The position numbers and the translations under genes are program-made. DNA of 64,000 bases from Antedon mediterranea. Lineage: Eukaryota > Animalia > Echinodermata. This document shows, piece after piece, positions 1-14,200 of the stretch. The DNA is taken from assembly GCF_964355755.1 (NCBI RefSeq), contig NC_092678.1, positions 18,679,365 to 18,743,364 on the forward strand, read 5' to 3'. Below the pieces are notes generated by a model. That model worked only from the letters and a program-made list of their open reading frames with translations, was not told the origin of the DNA and ran no database searches. The stretch's first letter is position 1. Every line of letters begins with the position of its first letter.

Positions 1-640
1 ACCACAGTAGAAGGTCAGCAGGATATCTAACTTTTCTATAGGGGTATAAAATCTTTTTTTATAATAATGTGTACATTAAGTACTATATGTAAACATACTC
101 TATTTATTTTACCCTGTTACCCAATAAAAATGATTGGTTCCCACTAGATTCGCAAAACAATGACGTAAGCGCAATGTAAATGTTTTGACCAATGACAAGC
201 GATGGAGTATTTAAATGTCATATTGGTCAACTCGTGTGCGTCTACGCCTTAATTAGTAATTTTAGGGAAAAAAAATTCCGAATATGTGATATTATTTATG
301 ATTTATATTTCTGTTTCTTTCAAATCGGTGCCTAATTTTCTTTTTACAAAAAACACCAGAAAACAAATTACGTTGGATCTGTTGTATCGGTTGGAATGGG
401 GACGATACTCACTTATCTATCTGTTTGTGTAAATGGCCTAACGATTTACTGTGATTATACGATTTATTTTTCTACTGTAGCAATATTTCGACCATGGAAC
501 AACAGGATATTCCAATGAATACTAAGCACTCTACAAACAATAGGTCTTTAACTGTATATGTATTTAACACACCCTAAAGATTAGGACGTGAAATATGTTT
601 AGGCCGATAGCATAGTATTCAATATAGGCCTTAAGTTTGT

Positions 641-855
641 ATGATAAATTAATATTTTTTTGATTCAATGATTTATTTAGTCCTTAGGCTAGGAGTTCGA
701 ATGTATTTTGTAATGATAAAATTAATATTATTGTTATTGTTTCAATGATTTATTTTACTCTTAATTATTAGCCTGGGAGTTCGAATTTATTTTGTAATGA
801 TAAATTAATAATTATATTTGTATTTTTTGAATGATTTATTTTAATCTTAATTATC
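641..855. repeat. Degenerate tandem repeat, ~3 x 70-85 bp
   Basis: atgataaattaat...aatgatttattt...ggagttcgaat.tattttgta repeated. Confidence 0.65.
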
Positions 856-1029
856 AGCATAACATAACAAGTCTTGGTTTCTGTCATAGAGCCAATTTTT
901 AGAACTTTAGAACTATTTTGTTTAATGTCACGTTTCATTTTCTTAACATTTTCTGTATTTGTGTTATCGATAAGGTATATAATATATTGCACAGGAGAAG
1001 AAGAAGAAAAAATAATTGTTAATACAATT

Positions 1030-1310
1030 TCTAAAACTATATTATCTGTCTAAAATAATATCATCTGTTTTATTCATTACATTCGACTATAACGGGGACA
1101 GTTTTAGTTTTTTGGACTCATTTTAAGACAAGTTTCTCCTTCGGAAGTAGGCCTAACTCCCAGTGTGCTGATTTTAGTTGACTACATTAATCATCGTGTC
1201 TATTTATTCGTTTCTGAAAACGACAATGTATTTATAGTCCTGCGGTACGTACATTTGAAATCGCCAGTTTTTTTACGCTGAAATTACTGTGTATTCGTGA
1301 ACCATCTAGT
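1030..1310 (+). mobile_element. Copy of the Helitron-like repeat found at 24650-24921
   Basis: Shared blocks gtgtctatttattcgtt and gtacgtacatttgaaatcg...acgctgaaatta...gaaccatct; ends CTAG/T. Confidence 0.55.
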
Positions 1311-2191
1311 CATGTAAATTAATAATAAAATACAAATAGCGAACGTAAGTAGTAATATACAGATTCGATAGTACATGATTTTTGATGCTATACTTTATTT
1401 GTTCGACCATTCCTTTCTGTAACTCAACTCCATAGGCCATTGTGTTGACAACGACAATCCAAGCTTAAAGCACGCATGGCGTTCCATACAAATAACGATA
1501 CAGTATTAAACTGGCGGCCGCTTTGGTTGGCGGCCGCTTCGACCATCTCGCCATGAAGTAACCAAGTTTTATTTTTATATATCTATATACATATATACCC
1601 ATACACATACATACATCATATGTATATAAATAATAATAAGATATTAATCAATTTAAAAAAGTTATAAAATGAGATATACAAACGATACAGCAACCTAGAA
1701 TACATATTCAGATATTTTTTAGGAGAGATCTCCTATTCCATGCTTTACACACGCATTCCTTGCAATATTGATCAAATAATGGTTTTATTGCTCTTCATAA
1801 CATATAGAAATATTTCCCATAATTGACACAAACGCATTAATTTTGTGCTAGTATTTTTTTGGAGATTAGCAGAAAACAAAAAGATAATTTGAAACGGGGT
1901 CATACCTAGGAAGTGGAACTAGGTATTTATCTATTGTTAGGCTAAGGTAAAACATGGATTTTGAATACTAACGTTCAAGGTCAGATTTACATTACAATAA
2001 AAGGTATTACGTAAATAATTACTCGTGTTTACTGGAGCATGACAATTGTTGGCCTTAGTTTACAGGACACTTCATTTCACCTTGTCGCTGGTTGCATCAA
2101 CACACCGGATTCCCAACATACCCGATATAGTAAAGGACGCGTTGGAGATATATATTTACCGAAGGATCTACGGACCGTGTATGGGAGAAAT

Positions 2192-2276
2192 ATGTTATGG
2201 AAAAGGACTATATGTTTGTTTATGCTTATAGGACTATGCATTGAAAGCAGTAGATGCCAAGTTACACAGCCAGCAG
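2192..2276 (+). CDS. Gene A exon 1, signal peptide
   Basis: MLWKRTICLFMLIGLCIESSRCQVTQPA, then a phase-1 donor (G/gtaaac); homologous to the first-exon copies at 38887, 43040 and 43527. Confidence 0.8.
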
Positions 2277-5200
2277 GTAAACAAACTGGATACAAACTAA
2301 GTTATAAACATGTTAGCTAATCCATCAATACCATGGAGTAAAGAATAATAATATTCTTTACTCCATGATCAATACTAAACTAGGTGAATATGGTTAGAAG
2401 GGTTTGGTTGGTTATAGCATGACTATTATGGATAGGTAACGTTGCTAGAACTGTCGAAGTTCATAAACTTTGCAATGCTAATGAAGTTAATTCGATGCCG
2501 CGTGTTCTCATTTCAAACCCTTTCCCCGATATATTCACATTCCATTATTTGTAATTGCCATTTTGGTTATAGGTGTGTAGGACAATCAACCTATAAATGT
2601 AAAGGTTCGGTCAATAACCACCTATTAATGGACTCTACCATTGTTAGCGGATGGACCTATGTAAAGGTCCGGACAATAACCACCTATTAATGGACTCTAC
2701 CATTGTTAACGGATGGACCTATACATTTAAAGGTCCAGACAATAACCACCCATTAATGGACTTTACTATTGTTAGCGGATGGACCTATAAATTATAGTAG
2801 AGTTAGAAGGCAATGTATAGATGTATACGTACAGTATACAGTTACTGCAATGCTCTACTTTACTCTTTTAAATTTTCTCTTTTCAAATTTTTCAAACATT
2901 ATTAAATGTACAATCAAGTGAATTTACTTCACAAGATATTTATTAGTGGTTCCAAATCTAGGTCTTTTTACTCGCATCTATTAAATAGCAATTTAGAACA
3001 AGTAAACAACACCCTAATTGATGACATACAAAATAATGACTTTTCTATTTGTAATATTGTCTTGATAGTACAGATCGCCATAATATTTCCAAAATGTATA
3101 AATCTGTGGATTGTTTCAATCATGGTATCTGTAATAGCGTTAAGTCTGCCAAGTTTTTGCAATTATTTTAATACTTGATTTCTTGTTAAAACTATTTTAA
3201 TCTTCTATTTATGATTCGTGTTAATCTTTATTCTGATATGTTTCATTTTGCTGTACAGTTTTGATAATAATAATAATAATTTATTTGGAATTTACATTTT
3301 TACAACAGTGGCACTTGACCAAATGGAAGGTACAGCCATAAGAAACATATGTTTCTCCCAAGGGAGGTCAATACATTTGAATTGAATTAATACCAAACAA
3401 ACAACAAGGTGCCTTTTAAAGTCTTAAGTTTAATGTTTGGGTATAATTTCGTTGTATGGGCGTCTGAAAAACTTGAATTTAACATGTTTAATATGCCCTT
3501 AACCTTTTTTTCAATATACTTGCCTTCTTACATTTATGATTAATTTTTGTATGATAAATTATGATTGCAAAATAATACAACGATTGTAGTACTAGTAAAG
3601 TACACTTAGATATTTCTCATTCAATTGCTGCAGTTTATGCGTATTAATAAAATATTCTCATACCGACGTAAAAGCAATTCACTGTGATAATCCAAACAAA
3701 AAAATACAGCTATATCATTATGAATTTAATACAAACTTACAATGCAACCACTGTAAAACCTGGAAGAGTTAAACTCGACTGGTAAAACAAGATACAACCA
3801 AGATAATTCAAGTCTACAATCCTCCATGGTCGACCCCACTCTAACAATGGTAGGCCTAGAATTAATTCTATTGTCTGGTGGGTGGCTATTGTCCCGGGTG
3901 ATTAATGTTTCAATACTTATTGTTTCGACCTTAAAACCGGATAGAATATAATATCTCTGTGATTGCGTGTTATACAGTAGGTCCTCTTAAGTGAAAATCA
4001 AAGTCTGTGTTGTCATGGATCACCTCAATTGTGGTTTCATATTGTAGCCGTACATTCTTTATGTGCTGGTCATTACTGTACGTGGGAATTAGAAATATGC
4101 GATACACAATGTGGAAGTGTTTTGTGTCAGCATTAACCCCAATCAGAATTAATCAAGTTTGTGTAATTGCATCAATCAAATGTAAGCAATTTAACTGAAG
4201 TAAAAATGATCGTAGAGAATTTAGATTCATTTTTACATACAGTAGTGCTTTTTTCCATTGATGAGTAGCCACAGCCCCGGAGCTACAGAGGCCTATAAAT
4301 ACAAACATTATTGCAAATGATTGATTATCAGTGTTTTTTTCAAAATTTCTTTTATGTAGGCCTATAATAATATGATGTACTGTAGGCATATCTTTCCCAA
4401 ACACAATCATTTCTACTATACTAATTCAGCATATAACGCACTATTCTAATCCATTGTGTTTTTTTGTAATGCACAATTAGTCGTACTATGGCCTACAAAA
4501 CGTTTAGCGAGGATTATCTACGTTGTACTCCATGGAGATTAGCACTGTTTTAACTCTCTGTTGTTAAACTCCTATTCTGTAACATTGACTGAAAATGGAA
4601 TAAATTGTTAATTTACTTGCTTCGCCTAAAAGGTTATATTTTTGTCTGAAATATTTGTGTTTTTCTGTTTTATTTTATTTTACTAGTTCAGTAAAAACTA
4701 CAAAAACAAATCTCTATCACGATTATTAATTCCTTTTCTCTTTTTATGTGTTTTGTTGTTTTTTAATAACCTGTATTTTAAAAGGAAAAAAAAACTACAA
4801 CGTGAGTTACTGATTTGGTACTGCACAATGGTTGAACAAGACCAGAATTGACCCGCACACTAAAAACAACTGGTTTCTTTTATCTTTACATTTTGTTGGT
4901 GTGTTAATCAACATACAGTACTAAAAATGAAGATTCAACGTGAAATTTAAGGTTAAATATCATTATCATTGTCTCGTTGCTTTCATACAGTAGATCAATT
5001 TCTAAGACTAGAGGGTGAGCTCACTTCGCTCGCTCTCCCTCTAGGAAGTGTAGACGATGGTTCTCGAAATGATAATGACTCGGGACGTAAACAATTTAAG
5101 AAGGACATTCTGGCCTGAACAATTTCGGTCGGTTACCATTATTTAAATGCTTTTGATATTCGTAAATCTAAACGTACTCACTAACCTAAGTGTCTTAGAT

Positions 5201-8200
5201 GATTTATAGCGTTTTAGGCGTTTAGTGTTTATTGTAGATATGAAAAGTGGTAAAAAAGAATAACAAATGCTTGGTAAATTTTAGATAACAGTCCGAAAAT
5301 ATCTACTCAAAATAGTATAATTGTGTTATAAATATAATACAATATGCCTATTGTGTGTATAAATGTGGATGGGCGTTTTTTTAGATGTATTTGGGGTTTA
5401 AGTAGCGAGATAATTATTTAAATTTATCTTTTATTGGGGAGGTGTTCCGGGCGTTTATTCAAATAAATACCATCCTAATTGGTATAATTAATACATTATT
5501 CCGCGACACAGTGGCCTAAGAAGGAACACGTTTTAAACGGCTTGCAACATGCATGGGCAGAAGTATCCCAGGGTCCTGACGGGACACAGATAGCCCACAG
5601 TAAACAGTCCTGGCAGCTTACTCAACAACGCGGCTATCGGGGTTTCATTCGATTTCAAAACAAAAGCTCTTATCATCAATTCTCTCTCTCTCTAATGTAA
5701 TTTTATATAATTATTTCCCTCAATTTACTCCTATGTTTCATGAATATATTTAATTTGATCTTTATGTACTACTATACCTTCACACCCGCGGTCAGAAAAA
5801 AAAAATGGCTATCGCCACAAAGCACCAACGGCAAACTTAGTTGAAACAGGTACAGCAGTTGTTTTACAACTCCCTGGTTGAAACCAACACTTTACCGTGA
5901 ACCCGGAATTACTCCTACCACGCGTAGAGTTAAAATTTACCGATTGAAATCAGAAAAGTTCTTATAAAACCCTTTATAATATCTTCCTAAGATAGAAATA
6001 TGGAACAATAGCGTCGAACTGAAAATTAATGTTATCAAATCTACGTTTCGCGGTACATCTAAGATAGATAAGGTAGGTATCCAAGGCGGAGATTTATACC
6101 GAAGTTTTTGCATTGTGCTCGCCTATGTCAGAATTAACCATAATTTATATATAGATGCTGTTGTACGAATAATTACAGTAAGCTAAAATATCGTTTAATA
6201 GTGAGTACTATTTCATGCCATGTGACCAACAATTATTTAGGTTTATAATATATAATATTCACTTCTGTTAATAATAATATTAAAGCTGATCCTCGAATTT
6301 TTTGTATTAACTGATTATAATAATACAGTTATAATAATGTATACAAATGTGAGTCATTTTTTGTTGTGTGTACAGGCATGTCGACGCTTAATCCATAGTA
6401 AGTCTATACACAATCATGATAACAATTAAGCGAATTACCGTTTTTGTTGTTGTATATTTTATCCTAGTTTTCATACTACTGTGTTCATAAATTCTACATT
6501 ATTTTGTTCTTGTGTATCAACGTATCATAATACTAATAGTACTGTACAGTGCTCTTCTTCTATGGTGACTTATGTATTAGGGAACTGGTAGACATAAGAG
6601 TTAAAAATGCTTACATGTTCTTATACATTTCCACAATTTAAATTTCTGAGGACCATTATTTATATAAAAAAATATAATATTCATACACGACATTATGTTG
6701 TTATAAAAATTGATAAGCGAAAAAGAAATTTGTGTTTCTTAATCTCTATCTAAACTATCAAACTAGTGTGATATGCCTAAACATGGTAGTGATATGACAT
6801 CACCATCCATAAATGGGAACATCACATTAGTTTGATAGTTTAGACAGAGATTTAAGCTTCATAGCTAACCCTTCATGAATTTACTTTTTAATTACGTATC
6901 ATATATACTTTAATTGTAAAATTATGAATATGTCAAATTTAAATACGGTATTAACTAAAATCATTTTGTTATTTTTATTATATCATATTGTGGTAGAAAA
7001 TTAAACCAGTACTGTTTTTATTTCTATATGTTTTTGTTTTTATTTCAACTAATTGACTGTAATAATCAGGGTTAAAATTGTTTTCATACTACTGTATCTG
7101 GTGTTTAGATAAGAACATGTTTAGGTTCTAAATACATTCTAAACATGTACATTAGTCTGTATCTAACTCAACACATCAGTGACGTGTTGATTGATAAACA
7201 TGTGGATCAATATTTAATATTTAATTTGCAATGTGTGGACTAATATGCATGCAACGCTAAACACATACCACCTAAACATGTTGAGTGAACATAATAGTGA
7301 CATGTTGACTGCTAAACGAGTGGAGAAAAACAACATGTACAGTACCTATAAACACGTTTAAGTTTTAAACACGCTAAACATGTAGTTCTACGTGTATAAA
7401 AGCTAAATGTGTGTAAAAAGTGTTTAAATTTGTATTTAAAAATGTATTTGTTACTTTTTATGTGATTCTTTTTCATGAAAGTGCCAATTCTAAGGTGTGT
7501 ATTCAGAATAAATGTTAGGAGTTAAAATACAAGGCAGGTGCGAAAGATAAATATTTGTAATCTTAGGTGTTGGGTCTTAGCTTTCGTGATCTTACTGTAG
7601 GTCTTAGGGGGTCTGAGCTTTCGTGGTCTGAGGTTTCGTGACACCCGGTTCGAATCCCATGAGCAACTTCTTTTTACTTTATGTGAGAGGGAGATTATTT
7701 AGAGGGTTGGGTTTAGTTGTATTTAGGAAGTACCGTAGTTCGGCTATCTTTCACATAAGGGGTCCCCAACTTACGTACGAAAAAAAATCGCTTCCGGGAC
7801 ATACCTAAGCTAGATTCCTTCATCCCGTATTTTTCTATCTACCATTGTGACAGCCAGTTTATCTCTCTGCATACCAGTATCCATCAAGTACAGCAATGTA
7901 TGCGAGTGTTTGTCCTCTTCCACAGCAGAACATCTGCAATAATTTCGTCTTTATTGCATAACCATTACATTATCTTAAAAACTCGAAATACAGTCTATCT
8001 AAAGTGTTTTATATAATGTCCTGTTCACACACATTGATATTAATGTTTCTCCAACTTATTTTATAGTGAGTCCAGAGTGCAACGTTGAGACATGTCTAAA
8101 CGGAGGTTCTTGTGCACCGGTTGAACTTGGTAAACTCTGCGATTGCCCTCAGGGATTCACCGGTTCTTCTTGTGAGACAAGTAAGTGCTCTCTGGTCGAT

Positions 8201-11200
8201 TGTCCTTCATGCTACTTTGTTCTGCTTAAATCTATCAATGAAGTTGCTCATTTGTATTCTCTCTTTAAATAATTAACAAAACTGCAATATAATAGTAAAT
8301 GCGCTAAAATGCAATGCAATGAGGATATCCCAGCAAACAATTTTACGTTTTGGTAACGTTATAATTACGTTATTTTTTGGTTATAAAAACGTTTTCTAAT
8401 AACGTTGTACGAACGAAAAAATGTCGACCTTTTTATACGACTTTATAACGTCCAAAATAACGTTCAAAATAACGTGTTTATAACGTTTTTTGAACGTCCT
8501 CAATAATGTTCAGAAATAACGTGTTAAATACGTATTTATAACTTCTACAATAACGTTGCACGAACGAGAAAATGTCAACCTTTTTATACGACTTTAAAAC
8601 GTCCAAAAATAACATTCAAAATAACGTGTTTATAACGTCTTTTGAACGTCATCAATAATGTTCATAAATAACGTATTCAAAACGTATATAAAACTTCTGC
8701 AATAACGTTGATAAAAAACGTGTCCTAGACGTTTTTTTTAACGTTTTATGTAATTTTTGTAAATGACGTGTTTGCAACATGTTTTTTACGTCCAAAATAA
8801 CATTCATACATAACGTATGCAACGCGTTTTTATAACGTCCTAAAAATGTTCACAAATAACGTGCTAGGAACGTGCCTTCTACGTTTGTAAATGACGTATT
8901 TGCTACGTGTTTTTAACGTTCTCAATGTTTTTAAATAACGTATGTAAGGCGTAATTATGACTTTCGCACATACGAACTAGTAACGTTCATTATAACGTAC
9001 CAGATACATTTTCAAATCGTAGTTTGATAATGTTACATCATAAACTTTTTACCACTGACGCCGTATTTATAACGTCCATATTTGACGTCCTGAAAATGTA
9101 ATACTTAGTTATATACAACGATTTGGCTAACGTTTCCACATATTATAATATAATAGTAGTAATATAATATAGTGTTCTGCAGATATACGCGTTACATAGC
9201 TCGTTATTTGTTAAAACATGTAGTTAGAACTGTATAAGACATATAAAAACAAGCAATTTAAAATGAAATATTGTTTTTGATTTATTCTATTATCTGATTA
9301 AAAAAAAGACATACAGTATTGCAAATAGCTTAAGAGGTAGGTACTTGATTATTATTAGAGAGCTTTCGCTATTTTGATCAGGAACGAGAACCAGCAGTAA
9401 TTACCCGTTCTCGATGATACGGAGATCGATAATGAGAAACATTGTTCTTAAACGAGAATGAGCAAATTTGCCTATAAGTCGTCCTCTTCTCTGCTGTCTG
9501 GCACATTCCGTTCCTGAAAAGATAACAAAATGTAAAACTAGGTAAATAAAATGATCTCTTAACAGCAAATCTTTAAAAAAAATGTTAAGTGTTACTAGTT
9601 TACAAAATTAAATTATTGTCATTCTAATCGGATTTTCCCCACGTTTAAATTATAAATGATTTTGGCTATTGACTATTTGATGTTTTTTATGTGGTTGCAC
9701 ATTCCCTATTAAATTTACCGTACAGTATGTAGTTGTTATGTTTATTTCGTATTGGATAGTGTTGTTGGGTCTAAATACCAAGCCCTATCAGTATAGTACC
9801 AGACGTTAGTTGTAATTTACTTTATTCCAACATTTGTATCCCGTAACTTTACATTAATTATTCGTTTGAGTGCGATTGTACGAATGTGTTTTATTGCTTT
9901 ATATACCACTTGGTGAAACTGAACAATAATGACTAGTATCTTTTAGTTTGTAAACTATTTAGTCTTTAAACTGATGCGGACTATAGTAAACTTCATCATT
10001 ACAATATGAGTGATACGTAAAAGCATGTAGGAATAAGTTATTTCGCCATGGTAAAAAATAAATAAATGATAAATCAAATTAAATTTATTCTTACCTTGTA
10101 TCTTGAGCCACCTGGTCTGTTGGGAGCGTGCTTCAGTGTTTCAGCAATCTCTATCTCACATTGCTTCGTTTGTGGGTGAGCTCGCATACACGATTCTAAA
10201 GATGAAAAATTTGAATGAAGTTATTAGTCACAATGTACACATTTAAAACTTTAAAATTCTGTATTAGCAGTAAGCATTAATGCTATTATGACATAAATTG
10301 TTGTTAGTAAATAAACGACTTAACATTTAGAAAGTTCAGTACTTTTACATTATGCGCGCGCCGAACACATAAGTACTAATGTGCATGAGCACATTTGGTT
10401 TTAAGCGTCTAGTATTATTTGTCTTATTTGACCTCCTTTCACACTTCTTTGTATCCCTATATATTTTTTTCAAATTAGTTTGATTACCTTATTGTTTAAT
10501 ACTATGATACCTGCTGTCATTGTTTCACATAACTTGCGATCTACCTGCAAAACAACCATTTATGTTTACTGATTAAAATAGCTTTTTGATACATCTTAAA
10601 CCTAAAAGTACTATTATGATATATTACACATCTGTATACTCTGCAAAAGTCGGATGCCTTGGGCATATTCCCTTTGGCATATTCCCTTTGGCATATTCCC
10701 TTTGGCATATTCCCTTTGTCATATTCCCTGTCCCTTTTGGCATATTCCCTTTCCCTTTGGCCATCTTGACATTAACTCTCTTTTCCCAGAACAAGACATA
10801 TTTCGATTTGTGACGACATGACCTACATTGATTTTCACGTGGATATAGAAACCATTGTGTAGAAGTATAAAACAAGCAACCAGGTTCTAACTTCCACGCC
10901 CCCACTCTCGCTAACGATATTTCTTTTCGTACATAAGACCCCTCATGAAACGTCACAAAATAAACATGAATATTAATTAAGATAAGATAAGATAACTTTT
11001 ATTGATCCTCAAAAAGGAAATTCATTGCTCGTCATAATAACAAAGAAAACACTATAAAAACAAATATAGGATAAAACTATTCATATAAAAACATCTAAAA
11101 AATTACAATATAAAATTATCTTCTTGACTTCCTGTTCTACTGGATGATACCGGAGGGAATAAAGGATTTAGCAAATCGATTTGTTTTCACACTGAGGAGC

Positions 11201-14200
11201 CTCAATCTACCACTTGGATTAAGTTGGTCTATGATCACTTTGTGGAGAGGATGAGAGGCATCCGACTCAATGCGTTCGAAATCTTTCTCGAGGTGTTCTA
11301 GGTGCACATCGGTAAAGGAAGGCAGTTCCAGACCAATCATTTTACCAGCCCGACGGATGAAAGTTTCAAGGCGTCCTTTATTCCCTCCGGTAACATTACC
11401 AGCCCAACAGGAGAGGCAATACGTCCAAACACTACATATAACGGATCTATAGAACGAAAGTAACATCAAATCACAGGAGTTAAATTTATATAAAGTTCTC
11501 ATATAAATTTAACTCAGTGATTTGATGTTACTTTCGTTCTATAGATCCGTTATATGTAGTGTTTGGACGTATTGCCAGTCATACTGTATCTATAAGGTAT
11601 GACGTAATAATTGAGCTAACTACAATTCGCTATAATACAAACGCTTTCTGTCGAGCCGTCTGTGTGGTCTAGTGGATTAGACTATGAGCTTCACATGTCG
11701 ATGTATGGGTTTGAATCACATGAGCTACTCCTTTTTACTTTACAGTGAGAGAGAGATTATTTAGAAGGTTATGTTTATAGTTATATTTAGGAAGTAGTTC
11801 GGCTATCTTTCACATAGGGTCTCCAACTTATGTTCGAAAAAAAAATTGCCTCCCGCTATACGCACAATATTATTATTATTACAAACTTTTTCCTACCTCG
11901 TCGCAAATCAAGTTCTTCTTTGCTTCAACAGCATTTTAGACCTAATCTCATCTTCTGCCTTATTATACTTGTATTTTATGTTTTTTTTTGTTAAAATGAT
12001 GTGTCAGAGAAAACATTAGTTAAGAAAAAGAATCTTCATTATTATAATTATGATGTCTGTTTTTGGAGTTCCTAATTTTGTAATATTATGTATATTTTAT
12101 ATTGAGGAGCCAGTAAATACAAGCTATGCGTTCACTTAGGCTCCTCCACTTTATATACGTCATTAGTAAAGTGAAATAGATGAAATTAAATTATAAATGT
12201 ACCATATTCAATTCATATTCCATTCTTCTTTCAAGTTGCTGATTGTATTAATACCCCACGATACTGCGAGAACGGGGCAACGTGTATTCCAGGTATCGAG
12301 GGTTTACCAGTCACGTGTCAATGTTTGCCTGGTTTTAAAGGAGACCAATGTGAAAGTAAGAAATCATGAACAAGTACGATAAACTACTAATTGAGCAATA
12401 CCATGTTCACATACTTTGGGTCGCTGTCGCTCACGAGACGCTGATCGGCTCACGGGCCGTTCCAACGTGTAAACGACTGAGATTCTATCGTGAGTGGCCC
12501 AAGGCCGCTTTTGATATTATAATACATTTGGCTTACAATGCTTTACGTACATCATGATGTTGTGAAGTTTTAATATATATTGTCCATCGGTACTGGTTTC
12601 ACATTCCTAATGTAAAGTATTTGTTTAATGAGTAGCTAAGCGGTTAAGACAGTGGAACCGTAATACCTTGCCATATTAACATCGGCAAGAGTTCGAGTCT
12701 CACTCGCTCCATGGTTCTGGTGGAAGAACGAGTCTTCTCGGATAAGGACAATAAAACGTCCAAACCTCCAAAAAAACATAGCAAATCCCACCGAACCATA
12801 ATAAAAGTGATTGAATCATGTAGTATACAACCCACTGGGTACATCCATGTAAAAAAATATTACATTACTTATTTTGGGGGAAAAACAAAATTCTTTTGGT
12901 CAAAAATTATTGCTAACCCCTGCAAACATTGATATACCGAGTGGGTCGTACACTACATGATTCAATCACTTTTATGTTGGTTCGGTGGGGTGTGCTACCG
13001 TATGTTTTTTTGGAGGTTTTCGGGGGTTTGCGGGGTTTAGAAATACCCGATAATGTGCACTTTTTAAAGAACCTAATGTATCTTTCAAGACTAGTAGAGT
13101 GTTAACCCGGTGTACACACATTCACTGTCACTCATCAAGAGGGCCCCTTGATTGTCGGCATACGCTGTTTAGTAAAAAAAAAAAAATAAAATATGCTTCT
13201 TCACAAAATGCAATGCTTGGGATACCGCATAAACTTTTTGATAATACCCACCGAACTATCGACAGATACAATCGCGCATACTCTACTACTTGTGTCGATG
13301 TCGATATTTCAAAATCTAGCGACAATAAAAGTTACATTATTATAACGAATTTCATGTTCACTATTTCTTGACAGCTTTTTCATGTGAAGCAGGTACCTGT
13401 CAAAACCAAGGAACATGTTATACTGAACCTGAATTTTTAAAAGATGGAAAGATATGCAACTGCTCCCCGTTATTCACGGGCACATACTGCGAAGGTAAGA
13501 CTTATGTAAACGATGAGTTGATGTTTCATAAAAAAAAACACTGTACACAGGCCTCGTATATTTCTTTAGTATTTCTAGTAATTGAGTGGAGGCCGAGGTT
13601 AAGACACTGTAACCTTAATGTGTATGTCAAGGATTCGGGCCTAACTCACGCCATGGTTCTGGTAGTGGAACGAGTCATTTCGGAGAAGTACTTTTAAGTA
13701 TGCATATTGTTTGTTCGTCATGTTCAATAATAAACTCTATGCCTATCTCTTTTTAAATTGTAGTTAGAGTGGATTGCAACGTGGAAACGTGCTTAAACGG
13801 AGGAGCTTGCAACATTCCTGAAATAGCCTTAGCGAACAATTCTCTTTGTTTTTGTCCGGACCAATTCACTGGTAATTTTTGCGAAACAAGTAAGATACTT
13901 TCTCATTTTTTCTTAAAAACATTTGAGTAGCCTAACGGCTATCATATTTGAAGAATAAAGAACGTTCTAGTGAATTTGCGTGTTAAATTAAGTTGCATGT
14001 CAATATATCTAGTATATACAACGATGACATTGCCAATGGGCAATGCGGATATTGTTTGATCGAACGAATTTGCAATATCCGGGAAATTAAAACCAAAAAA
14101 AGTTGTAACCGCAAATTCCTAATCCGTACATTTTCAAGTACGTACTTCACAGACCGATATTACTCGATGTGTCACTGTGTAGGTAGTAGGTTTTATTTAA

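Larger units (their letters stand above)
10914..11849. mobile_element. Related MULE-like MITE copy with nested insertions
   Basis: Termini match the 39354-40199 TIRs (ttttcgtacataag...cccctcatgaaacgtcacaaaata; ccaacttatgttcgaaaaaaaaattgc). TSD ctctcgcta (10905-10913) / ctcccgcta (11850-11858). Confidence 0.75.

Noticed and set aside
1514-1538. Two adjacent GCGGCCGC (NotI) sites as vector contamination
   Set aside because: No other polylinker or vector sequence nearby; looks like a short local duplication.
2039-2191. Upstream ORF extension containing AGCINTP, similar to EGF2 ADCINTP
   Set aside because: No further cysteines or splice sites; the region aligns with gene B promoter DNA, so the match is probably chance.
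10586-10956. ORFs on both strands with GIFP/GNMPK repeats
   Set aside because: Products of the 14-bp minisatellite and MITE end.
11653-11730. Real tRNA genes; also 12635-12705 and 15190-15260
   Set aside because: A/B boxes are present but the cloverleaf stems are broken; they fit SINE heads.
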